From contig CP095464.1 of NCBI GenBank assembly GCA_021294815.2, positions 150,001 to 182,000 of the forward strand: a stretch of 32,000 nt of DNA, in the 5' to 3' direction. Origin of the DNA: Verrucomicrobiota bacterium. Its GTDB lineage: Bacteria > Verrucomicrobiota > Verrucomicrobiia > Opitutales > LL51. Position 1 is the first letter of the stretch. The number at the start of each line of letters is the position of its first letter. The translations under genes and the position numbers were made by a program. The notes under the pieces were generated by a model. The model did not search any database. It saw only the letters and a program-made list of their open reading frames with translations, and had not been told where the DNA came from. Positions 16,642-25,346 of the stretch are shown one piece after another.

Positions 16642-19398
16642 ATGGTTATGACAAAAGGAAGATACTTCGTATTAGGGCTATTTCCGCTCGCGGTTTCAGC
16701 GTCGCTTCTCTGGAACCACAATACAGCGGTCGCCGCAAATGCACCGGTAGCAACAGCATCGGCACCCGGGGCTTTACCGCCAGGTGGAGCTGGATACCCT
16801 GCGCCAGCGGATCCATATCCTCTGGAACCCGATGATGACATTGTCAATCAGCTCGTGCTAACCAACGCTGAGCCTCGTGACGTGATTGGTGTTCTCGAAA
16901 AGCTCACAGGACGGACGGCACTCGTTGAGAAACTCCCAACCTCGATTGGTAAGATTTCGATCGACATTCAAGAACCCATCACCCGATTAGAGGCGATTTC
17001 CGCCGTCGAGAGCGTATTGAGCTTGAACGGTATCGCGATCGTTGATATGGGAGAAAAATTTCTCAAAGCGGTCGATAGCAAACGGGCTATTTCACAGTCA
17101 CCAGAGATTGTTGATGATTCACTGCAGATCTATGAGCCGAATCAGCACATTTGCTCCAAGTTCTTTAAACTCAATTACCTTGATGCGAATGAATTCAACC
17201 GTCTCGTGAAGCCAATTCTAACTCCCAGCGTTTCGAATGTCGTGGTCTTTACAGCTTCCAACTCGCTCTTTATCACCGATACAATGGCCAACCTTCGGCG
17301 TGTCGAAAATCTCGTGGAGCGCACCGATACACCGATTAAAATGATCGAGGAGATCAAATTTATCCCGCTCAACAACGTTAAGGCATCGAGTGTGGTCAAA
17401 AAATTCGATCAACTCAAACGCGGGGCGTTGAAAAAATACCTTTCAAACATGACGATTGACTGCGACGATTCGAGCAATCAGTTGATTATCATTACCCCTC
17501 CTGCAAACCTCTCGATCATCGAAAATATCGCCAAACAACTCGACAATAAATGCGAGCTATTGTTGCGTTCAGAGGTGATGCGCATTAAACACGGTGATGC
17601 GAAAAAGATTACCGAAATTGTCTCTAAAATCGTCAAAGAGCAACGCTCTCGGATTGAAAAGGAGAACAAAATGGCCTTTGAACGCCAACAAGCTCAGATG
17701 ACGGCACAGGGTGCACTTGCGAATGCACTTGCTCAAGCGGCAAGCGGCTCACGAAGCAACCAGCAAATCAGCAATTCTTATAGCGAATTTATCTCGTCTC
17801 AACAGGTGCCTGGTGAAATTGGAGAGGAACAAACGGCGCAATTTTCCGCCAACCTAACACTCGAAGCTGATGAACGCAGCAATTCGATCATCGTCTACGG
17901 AACGGCCTCTGACCTCCAACAGATCCGCAATTTGATCAATAATCTCGATGTCCTCCTCGACCAGGTCCGCATCGAAGTCATCGTCGCCCAAGTTACGTAT
18001 ACGGAGGGTCAACAGTCCGGCCTCGATAGCTTTGGAGTTGATTTCAATAGAGTCAATGGCACAAAAAATGGAGGCACTACAACAGCTAAGACTGGAAGTA
18101 CAAGTGGATCGGCTGGTAGTACTAGTGATGATGGGACGGGTACAGGCGCAGTTGCTGGAACCATCGCAGCTGGAGCTAAAACTCTCCATGAAATTAACTT
18201 TAATCTTGCCCATGCAAACAAAGGAACCTTTACAGGGAGTTTAAGAAACTTTTCTCTAGACGCCGTCTTTAAAGTCGCACAATCAGACACTAATGTCAAA
18301 ATTCTCTCGACGCCGACATTGGTAACGACGCACAACCGCAAGGCAAACTTCAAGATTGGTGAAAAACGTCCATTCCTCGACTCTTCGACTAAGAGTGATA
18401 GTAAAGACGCCCAAGAGCGTATCCAGATCAAGTATGAAAATGTTGGTCTCGAGCTAAAAGTCACACCGCTTATTGGCAATAATGGTATCATCCAAATGGA
18501 AATTGAGCAAAGAATTTCCCAAAAAACTGAAAATGCTAAGATTGCATCTTTGGAATGCCCCGTCATTACAGACAAGGAAATTAATTCTTTTGTTAGTGTT
18601 GCCAACGGCGATGTCATTGTGCTTGCAGGATTTAAAGAGCGTAAGACTGACACAATGAGGGGAAAACTCTTCTTAATTGGTGATATACCCCTTATTGGAG
18701 ATCTTCTTTCCCCCAGGAAACGTGAGGAGTTAACAACGGAATTAATTATCTTCATTAAGCCGACAATTATCCTGCGGCCTCAAGATGAAGCAGCCTATCT
18801 GGATCAACAGGTTGCACGGACATCGATTAAAGAAGACATCGATTACTATAAAAAAACTGGTGGTGATTTGCTACCTTCCAAACCTTTCCCACACACTACG
18901 CTTGAAGACCCAACGAAGGGATTTTTCCCCGAGAAGGAATCTCCTCAAGGGCCTGGTTCCCATCGACAACCACATAAAGGTGTTCCGGAAACTGAACCTA
19001 TCATAGAGGAAACTCTGCCGGTCATTGAACAACCTTCACAAAAGGCAAACCCGCCTCAGGAAAAACAAAATAGCAAGAAAACGCGCCGTCAACGCCGACA
19101 CGCAGCCTCTAATACAAGGGAAAAATCCAAAAAAACCTCCAGGGATTCTTCCAAGAGCAAAACGAATCAGCATTCTCGCCGCGGACGTCACCATGAGGAA
19201 TCCGCTAATAAAGGAAAAACAGTCTCGAAATCACCTGCTGAGTCCGAAAGAGGTGCGGACAACTCGCGCAAGCGATCTCGCGGACGTCGAAGCGAACATG
19301 TTCATTCTCAGTCCAAAGTTCAAACCTCGACTCAAAAAAAATTAGACGCTGGAATGTCGAAGGCACGGGGTCGGAGAAGTAATCGTAGAGCTCAATAA
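16642..19398 (+). CDS. gspD: GspD-type secretin with a ~200-aa C-terminal extension ending in a polybasic tail
   Basis: Signal peptide, then N0 (DVIGVLEKLTGRTALVE...EAISAVESVLSLNGIAIV), then repeated N1-N3 ring-building domains (NSLFITDT, NQLIIITPP, NSIIVYGTASDLQQIRNLINNLD). The secretin core follows (RIEVIVAQV..., ILSTPTLVTTHNRKANFKIGEKRPF, GDIPLIGDLL...ELIIFIKPTII). An AAGGGA Shine-Dalgarno sequence lies upstream. Confidence 0.9.
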   Translation: MVMTKGRYFVLGLFPLAVSASLLWNHNTAVAANAPVATASAPGALPPGGAGYPAPADPYPLEPDDDIVNQLVLTNAEPRDVIGVLEKLTGRTALVEKLPTSIGKISIDIQEPITRLEAISAVESVLSLNGIAIVDMGEKFLKAVDSKRAISQSPEIVDDSLQIYEPNQHICSKFFKLNYLDANEFNRLVKPILTPSVSNVVVFTASNSLFITDTMANLRRVENLVERTDTPIKMIEEIKFIPLNNVKASSVVKKFDQLKRGALKKYLSNMTIDCDDSSNQLIIITPPANLSIIENIAKQLDNKCELLLRSEVMRIKHGDAKKITEIVSKIVKEQRSRIEKENKMAFERQQAQMTAQGALANALAQAASGSRSNQQISNSYSEFISSQQVPGEIGEEQTAQFSANLTLEADERSNSIIVYGTASDLQQIRNLINNLDVLLDQVRIEVIVAQVTYTEGQQSGLDSFGVDFNRVNGTKNGGTTTAKTGSTSGSAGSTSDDGTGTGAVAGTIAAGAKTLHEINFNLAHANKGTFTGSLRNFSLDAVFKVAQSDTNVKILSTPTLVTTHNRKANFKIGEKRPFLDSSTKSDSKDAQERIQIKYENVGLELKVTPLIGNNGIIQMEIEQRISQKTENAKIASLECPVITDKEINSFVSVANGDVIVLAGFKERKTDTMRGKLFLIGDIPLIGDLLSPRKREELTTELIIFIKPTIILRPQDEAAYLDQQVARTSIKEDIDYYKKTGGDLLPSKPFPHTTLEDPTKGFFPEKESPQGPGSHRQPHKGVPETEPIIEETLPVIEQPSQKANPPQEKQNSKKTRRQRRHAASNTREKSKKTSRDSSKSKTNQHSRRGRHHEESANKGKTVSKSPAESERGADNSRKRSRGRRSEHVHSQSKVQTSTQKKLDAGMSKARGRRSNRRAQ

Positions 19399-19419
19399 CA
19401 CGAACTAGGGGGAAGCACA

Positions 19420-20037
19420 ATGATACGTTTATTCAAGTTCATCGGTTACGGACTCCCCCTTTTGGGAGTCGCCAATGTCGTCGGAGAAACAGGTCCACAA
19501 GCAAACGTAGCCTACAGTTCACGTGGGCTGGAACAACGGTCGCCATTCGGTGATCGGAAACCTCGCTCTAAGCCAGTCATTAAGACAAGCACAGCAGCAC
19601 AAACAATACCGGTTAAAAAGCCGGAACCTCCGTTGTCGAAACGGGATTTGTCATTCGTTGGATTTTTAAGCATCAACGGCTACCGCGAGTATGTGATTCA
19701 CGAAAAAATCAAAACTGACTTCGTTTACCAAATCATTAACCAGCAATTTCCGACGCCACTCCATTATAAGGCAGGGAAGTATGATGTCCAAAATCAGACA
19801 CTGGAAGTGTTGATTGATAACGATCGGGCTCTTTGTAAACTCGGAGAATCCAAGGATAACAAGGGCGGTAGTGGTACAAGTAGCGCGAAAGTGGCTTATG
19901 GAAATAGTGATAGCAGTTCATCAAAAAACACTGCCTCCAAGGGAAATTCTAACTACTCCAAGTGGGATGACTTTTGGGACGATGATGACGACGATTTCGA
20001 CTGGCTCGATGACGACTGGGATGATTTCGACTTCTAA
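19420..20037 (+). CDS. Small exported protein, PilP/GspC-HR-like core with an extreme acidic-aromatic C-terminal tail
   Basis: Strong Shine-Dalgarno (AGGGGGAAG), then a hydrophobic N-terminus (FKFIGYGLPLLGVANVVG), a Pro/Lys linker, and a beta-rich core (LSFVGFLSINGYREYVIHEKIKTDFVYQI...LEVLIDNDRALCKLGE). An S/G/N linker leads to the tail WDDFWDDDDDDFDWLDDDWDDFDF. Coding status is well supported. The functional assignment is architectural only. Confidence 0.5.
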   Translation: MIRLFKFIGYGLPLLGVANVVGETGPQANVAYSSRGLEQRSPFGDRKPRSKPVIKTSTAAQTIPVKKPEPPLSKRDLSFVGFLSINGYREYVIHEKIKTDFVYQIINQQFPTPLHYKAGKYDVQNQTLEVLIDNDRALCKLGESKDNKGGSGTSSAKVAYGNSDSSSSKNTASKGNSNYSKWDDFWDDDDDDFDWLDDDWDDFDF

Positions 20038-20050
20038 TATGGGATGACAC

Positions 20051-21739
20051 ATGGACAATTTTTTAGATAAACTCTTCGCCTCGGTAGCACCGGATTTACC
20101 AGAGGCGATCGCGGGGCTTCACGTCGACAAAAAAATCGAACTGCTCGCGGAAAAGTTAAATGCGGATATTAACGGCGCATACGAGTGGCTGTCCAATGCG
20201 ACACAGATGCCGTTTCAGCCCAAATTCTCTGTTTCGCAAGGTGTGACGTCGATCTTGCCTGAAAAGCTCATTTTGGAGTATTCTTGCTTACCAATTGATC
20301 TGGGCGAAGGTCAAAAACAAGGGCTCGTTTTTGGCTGGCCTCCGGATGGGAATATGAAGAAATGGATTAAAGCTTCTTCAACAAAAGATTTTCAGTACTG
20401 CCTCGGACCAGCCGCGGATATTCGAAAATTCATTAACGAGCGTTTCGGTGTTGGCGCGGGAAGCTTTTTAGATGGTGCTGCCGATGGCGTTGGGCTCGTC
20501 GAAAAGAAAGAAGTTGAACAGGAGGACGAAGATGCGGTCGTGATCAAGTTCGTCAATGAGCTGATCAAACAGGCATTACGCGATCGCGCGACCGATATTC
20601 ACTTCGAGCCGCAAAAAAACTCCTTACAGATTCGCTACCGAATCGACGGTGCACTGGTTCCCGTCAGCTTACCCCCAAACCTCGTGCTTTTTCAGTCAGC
20701 GATTATCTCGCGATTGAAAATCATGGCGAAGCTCAATATTTCGGAAAAACGTCGTCCACAAGATGGACGTATCGCGTTTCGCTCCGGTGATACCTCGATC
20801 GACATCCGTGTTTCGACACTTCCGATTACCTATGGCGAGAGCATTAGCTTACGTCTACTCAATCTTGGTGAAGCGCCGGTACAACTCGAGAAAATGGGCC
20901 TTGGCGAGAAGGAATTCGATCAAGTTGTTAACGCGATTACCCGTCCTCACGGAATTGTCTTGGTGACCGGTCCCACGGGATCCGGAAAATCGACGATGTT
21001 GAACGCATGCATCCGAAAAATCGAAGACCCGGAAATCCGCATTATTACAGTCGAAGACCCAGTCGAGTACGAAATCGCGGGAATCAATCAGTGTCAGGTT
21101 CAGTCCGATATTGGGATGACGTTTGCGAGTGCATTGCGTTCGATCTTACGTCAGGACCCCGATGTCGTGATGATCGGTGAGATTCGCGATGGCGAGACCG
21201 CTGACATCGCAATCCGTGCTTCGATTACGGGACACCTTGTCTTGAGTACCCTCCATACAAATGATGCGGCCGGAGCGGTTTCCCGTCTTTGCGATATGGG
21301 GCTTGAGCCATTTCTCCTGGCCTCTTCGTTGCAACTTGTCGTTGCGCAACGTCTTGTTCGACGGATTTGTCCGCACTGCGCCACTAAAGCCAACTACACG
21401 CCGGAACAACTCGATTACGCACTTCGTGCGCTTCGTGTCCATAATCACAAAGATGAACTACAGTTTTTGGATAAGATTATGGTCGGTAAAGGGTGTGACA
21501 AGTGTAAAAACGGATTCAAGGGTCGGCTCGCGGTCCATGAAATTCTAGTCATCAGCGACAAAATCCAGCAGTGTATTATCAAAAACGCCCCGGCTCGCGA
21601 GATTCGACGGGTTGCGATTTCGGAGGGAATGCGAACACTCCAAGAATGTTCCTGGGATCACGTCAAGAAAGGCGAGACGACGCTCGACGAGGTCATGCAG
21701 TTTGCCGATAAAAACAATATGGACGACGAGGAATCGTAA
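20051..21739 (+). CDS. gspE: Type II secretion / type IV pilus assembly ATPase (GspE/PilB family)
   Basis: T2SSE_N-like N-domain, Walker A GPTGSGKST, VEDPVEY, LRQDPDVVMIGEIRD and the His box TGHLVLSTLHTN. The tetracysteine motif is CPHC...CDKC. Confidence 0.92.
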   Translation: MDNFLDKLFASVAPDLPEAIAGLHVDKKIELLAEKLNADINGAYEWLSNATQMPFQPKFSVSQGVTSILPEKLILEYSCLPIDLGEGQKQGLVFGWPPDGNMKKWIKASSTKDFQYCLGPAADIRKFINERFGVGAGSFLDGAADGVGLVEKKEVEQEDEDAVVIKFVNELIKQALRDRATDIHFEPQKNSLQIRYRIDGALVPVSLPPNLVLFQSAIISRLKIMAKLNISEKRRPQDGRIAFRSGDTSIDIRVSTLPITYGESISLRLLNLGEAPVQLEKMGLGEKEFDQVVNAITRPHGIVLVTGPTGSGKSTMLNACIRKIEDPEIRIITVEDPVEYEIAGINQCQVQSDIGMTFASALRSILRQDPDVVMIGEIRDGETADIAIRASITGHLVLSTLHTNDAAGAVSRLCDMGLEPFLLASSLQLVVAQRLVRRICPHCATKANYTPEQLDYALRALRVHNHKDELQFLDKIMVGKGCDKCKNGFKGRLAVHEILVISDKIQQCIIKNAPAREIRRVAISEGMRTLQECSWDHVKKGETTLDEVMQFADKNNMDDEES

Positions 21740-21786
21740 AAATTTTCGCTTTCGTTTTCGATTTTTTTCATTAGAGTCCTGCCGGT

Positions 21787-23733
21787 ATGGATCTGCGCTT
21801 AGAAGCGGCCGTAACGGCGGGATTTTTATTACCAGAAGCAGCAAAAAACTGCGAGGCCTGGCTGCACGATCTCCCTGAATGGGGACAACAATCCATCGAA
21901 GAATGTATCGTTCAAAAGCGCTGGGATGAGCTCAATAATCGTTTCTTTCAAAACCTCGCCTTTGGGACGGGCGGAATGCGGAGCCGTACGATTGCGGAGT
22001 ATGTTACCAAGGCTGAACAGGGCATCGGATCTGCATTTGAAGCACCGGAACACGCCGCTGTTGGCAGCGCATATTTAAATGATTTCAATATTGCTCGGGC
22101 GACAATTGCCCTCTTCCGCTATTGTAAAACGCAGGATACGAATGGCCTCCGACTCGTCATTGCACATGATGTGCGTCATTTTTCCGAAAAGTTTGCGCAG
22201 ATTACCGCTCGCATCTGGAACCTCTTAGGCGGGAAAGCGCTACTTTTTGAGGGTCCTCGATCGACGCCACAACTCAGCTTTTCCGTTCGCAAATACCGCG
22301 CGATTGCGGGTATTGTGATTACGGCGAGCCATAATCCTGCCCATGACAACGGCTATAAGGTGTATTTCCGGGATGGAGCTCAAGTGGTTGATCCCCATGC
22401 CTCGGCGATTATTGAAAACTTTAAAAGGGTTTCACTACGGGAAGCTGTCGAAGTTTTAACGACAATCGAACGTCAACCGGTCGCACTTCAATATTTTGAC
22501 GCCGAAGCCGATCGTGCCTACATCCAAGAGCTCAAAACAAACCTTTTCGAGCCGGAAACCTTTAAAAAAACACCGATCGAGGTCGTCTTTACACCCATTC
22601 ATGGCACAGGGGATATCATTTCCGTTCCATTGTTACGTGAGCTGGGCGTTAAAGTTTTTCCAGTTGAAGCTCAGATGGCACATGATCCACGCTTCCCGAC
22701 GGTCGTCTCTCCAAATCCTGAAAATTTCGAGGCCCTAACGCTCGCCGTTCAACAGGCAAAAAAATCGGGTACGGAACTAGTTATTGGGACAGATCCCGAC
22801 GCCGATCGCATCGCGATTGCTGTACATGATCAAAATGGAGAATTCGTGCCATTTACTGGTAACCTCACAGGCGCACTTCTCGAGGAATTTCGTCTGAGTC
22901 GGATGAAAGAGTTAGGATGGATTCCACAATCGGGCGGTGATAATGTCGCGTTCATTAAGACCTTTGTTACAACGCCGCTGCAAGAAAAAATCGCTCAACA
23001 TCACGGCGTGAAGTGCATCAATACGCTGACAGGTTTTAAATGGATCGGCGAAAAGCTCAATGACTACGAGCAGCAACTCCAGAAAAAACTCGAAGCACGC
23101 CAACAGCCGAAAATCGACTACGTCGAAACGCCTGCCGACGAACGTCGTGCCCTACTTTTGCGCGATAGTACTTTTTTTGCCTTCGGTGGCGAAGAAAGTT
23201 ACGGCTACCTCGCCAGTAATAATGTACGCGACAAGGATGCAAACGCCGCTGCCCTGATGATTTGCGAACTCTACGCGTTTTTACGGCAACAAGGGAAAAC
23301 ACTGATTGATTTTCGCGACGAACTCTATCAAAAGTACGGCTACTATGCGGAATCGCAGATCAATCTCTACTTTGAGGGTGCTACGGGCGCGCAAAAAATT
23401 CAAAATATTTTAACATCCTACTCTCAAAATCCCCCCAAGGAAATCCATGGAGTTCCGGTTGCGCATGTCACGGATTTCACCCGCGATACGATCTACGATG
23501 CCGATGGGAAACAAATTCCGTCGCAATCTTTCTTTATCTTGGATCTCGCTGATGGGAGCCGTTACGCCGTTCGAGGTAGTGGTACAGAGCCGAAAATTAA
23601 GTTTTATCTCTTTGGTCACACACCCGTAACGACAACTGTCGAGCAAGCGATGCAGCAGACGCAGCAATCACTTCAAGACCTGAAAACAGCGCTCAAGACC
23701 GATGCCTACCAACGTGCGGAGCAGAAAATTTGA
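21787..23733 (+). CDS. Alpha-D-phosphohexomutase (phosphoglucomutase/phosphomannomutase, PgcA-like)
   Basis: FGTGGMRS, catalytic-Ser loop TASHNPAHDNGYK, metal loop GTDPDADR, sugar loop GGEESYG and phosphate loop RGSGTEPKIK. Confidence 0.88.
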   Translation: MDLRLEAAVTAGFLLPEAAKNCEAWLHDLPEWGQQSIEECIVQKRWDELNNRFFQNLAFGTGGMRSRTIAEYVTKAEQGIGSAFEAPEHAAVGSAYLNDFNIARATIALFRYCKTQDTNGLRLVIAHDVRHFSEKFAQITARIWNLLGGKALLFEGPRSTPQLSFSVRKYRAIAGIVITASHNPAHDNGYKVYFRDGAQVVDPHASAIIENFKRVSLREAVEVLTTIERQPVALQYFDAEADRAYIQELKTNLFEPETFKKTPIEVVFTPIHGTGDIISVPLLRELGVKVFPVEAQMAHDPRFPTVVSPNPENFEALTLAVQQAKKSGTELVIGTDPDADRIAIAVHDQNGEFVPFTGNLTGALLEEFRLSRMKELGWIPQSGGDNVAFIKTFVTTPLQEKIAQHHGVKCINTLTGFKWIGEKLNDYEQQLQKKLEARQQPKIDYVETPADERRALLLRDSTFFAFGGEESYGYLASNNVRDKDANAAALMICELYAFLRQQGKTLIDFRDELYQKYGYYAESQINLYFEGATGAQKIQNILTSYSQNPPKEIHGVPVAHVTDFTRDTIYDADGKQIPSQSFFILDLADGSRYAVRGSGTEPKIKFYLFGHTPVTTTVEQAMQQTQQSLQDLKTALKTDAYQRAEQKI

Positions 23734-23773
23734 TTGCCATTGTGTAAATATTTCATAAATCTACTCTCTGGGT

Positions 23774-24592
23774 ATGGGAAATATAGACTTAAGCAATAAC
23801 ATTAGTCGTCCACGGGATGGGAGTAACATGGGGGTACGCGATGCGCTGCCGTTCGCCTCTTCGATGAGAACAAAAACGGAAATTTTTAACACTATCGAAG
23901 ACCAAATACAGAATGCCCGCGAGCAGGGAAATATGATTCCGGACGCCACGATGGATCAGCTCGTGCTCAATATCTCGGGGCGCGAAACTACTTCCGAAGA
24001 GTTACTGAAGGCAACAGAAACAACTCAAAAGTTAATCACCAGCGCTTCCCTACTTTCGGAACGTGCGCAAAATGAGCTCGTCAATACGCCTTCAAAAATT
24101 ATCCAACACAGCCATGCAAGTACCGATGTCCAGGAAAAGGGGAAGGCGCTCTACCAGGATCTCGCGGCACAGCTATCCGCACTCACTTCAGGCGAAGCAC
24201 AAAAAAAACTTCTCCAAGCAATCGATAACACTGATACCTCGGAAAAACGCCATAGCTGGCACGTCGCACTCTTTGAATCTATCGATCAAAACGCTGACCA
24301 AGGGATCGATAATATCAATGCAGTTGCTCAGCGTCCACTGATCCGCTTGATGGGCGATACGGCACAGAACCTTCCTGCGGTTTCAGCGAATGAGCAAGCC
24401 TCATTCCAACAGTCGGCGATGCATATGCTCCAAAGGGCGCAATTCCCGTATAAATTCGATGCCGATGCTTTCCGCGAGGCCCTTGTGGCTCTAGCTGCTG
24501 TCCCGGAAAATGTTCGGACAACGGAATATAGTAGGTTTCTCAAGGACGAAGAAGACCGGGCAAAAGCGTTAAACACACAAGCGGCCGAGTAA
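23774..24592 (+). CDS. Hypothetical protein, predicted helical and soluble, no recognisable family
   Basis: Uninterrupted 272-codon ORF filling the gap between the phosphohexomutase gene and pyrH. Its composition is similar to its neighbours. I see no TM segment, signal peptide or motif. The only competing ORFs are short ones in other frames. Confidence 0.55.
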   Translation: MGNIDLSNNISRPRDGSNMGVRDALPFASSMRTKTEIFNTIEDQIQNAREQGNMIPDATMDQLVLNISGRETTSEELLKATETTQKLITSASLLSERAQNELVNTPSKIIQHSHASTDVQEKGKALYQDLAAQLSALTSGEAQKKLLQAIDNTDTSEKRHSWHVALFESIDQNADQGIDNINAVAQRPLIRLMGDTAQNLPAVSANEQASFQQSAMHMLQRAQFPYKFDADAFREALVALAAVPENVRTTEYSRFLKDEEDRAKALNTQAAE

Positions 24593-24631
24593 AGCGTTGC
24601 TTTTTGAGGAAAAATCCCTCTGCTGACGGGC

Positions 24632-25339
24632 GTGTACCAACGGGTGGTCCTCAAAGTCAGCGGAGAATATCTGGGTGAAACCGGTATCGGTTTATCGAGA
24701 CCCAAGATCGAAGCGTTTGCTCAGCAAATTGTTGCAATCCAAAAGTTCGGCGTCGCATTAGCCCTCGTGCTCGGGGGCGGTAACATCTTCCGTGGACACA
24801 CGTATAACCACCGTAATTCCGGGTTTAAGCGGACGGATGCCGACCAAATGGGTATGCTTGCAACGGCTATCAATGCACTTGCACTGCGTAGTGTCTTAGC
24901 GCAACAAGGGGTTTCCGCAACCATTCAGAGCTCGATTAAAATTGAAGGCATTGCAGAGCGTTTTTCGGTTACCAATAGCGAAACCGCATTACGAGATGGG
25001 AAAGTGGTTTTATTTTGTTGTGGTACTGGGAATCCATTTTTTTCAACTGATTCGGCGGCCGCACTTCGCGCCTGCGAACTTCAGGCGGATATCTTACTTA
25101 AAGCAACCAATGTCGATGGTGTCTACGACTATGACCCGAAATTACACCCGGAGGCTAAAAAATTTAACCACCTCACCTATTCGGAAGTCCTTCAGCTCGG
25201 CCTTTGTGTTATGGACATGACCGCCTTTATTCTTTGTAGGGAAAACAATATTCCTATCCGTGTTTTTAATGGACATGATGAAGACTCAGTTGTACAAGCA
25301 GTTCAAGGACAGCCTATCGGAACATTGATTGGGGAATAA
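24632..25339 (+). CDS. pyrH: UMP kinase
   Basis: YQRVVLKVSGEYL, LVLGGGNIFRG, FCCGTGNPFFSTDSAAALRA and ATNVDGVYDYDP. It uses a GTG start. Confidence 0.92.
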   Translation: MYQRVVLKVSGEYLGETGIGLSRPKIEAFAQQIVAIQKFGVALALVLGGGNIFRGHTYNHRNSGFKRTDADQMGMLATAINALALRSVLAQQGVSATIQSSIKIEGIAERFSVTNSETALRDGKVVLFCCGTGNPFFSTDSAAALRACELQADILLKATNVDGVYDYDPKLHPEAKKFNHLTYSEVLQLGLCVMDMTAFILCRENNIPIRVFNGHDEDSVVQAVQGQPIGTLIGE

Positions 25340-25346
25340 GTATTTT

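Noticed and set aside
18009-18755. 248-aa antisense ORF inside the secretin gene
   Set aside because: It is opposite the most conserved part of the secretin core, and its product is low-complexity (P/V/L/S-rich). It is most simply an accidental open frame.
19025-19345. 106-aa alternative-frame ORF overlapping the secretin tail, also very basic
   Set aside because: The purine/A-rich DNA gives Lys/Arg-rich peptides in more than one frame. The secretin frame is continuous from the conserved core, so I keep that frame. This is why I ask for a frameshift check.
21740-21786. Tandem TTTCGC-TTTCGT-TTTCGA followed by a T-run between gspE and the phosphohexomutase gene
   Set aside because: It is too short and degenerate to call a repeat element, and no hairpin is present that would make it a terminator.
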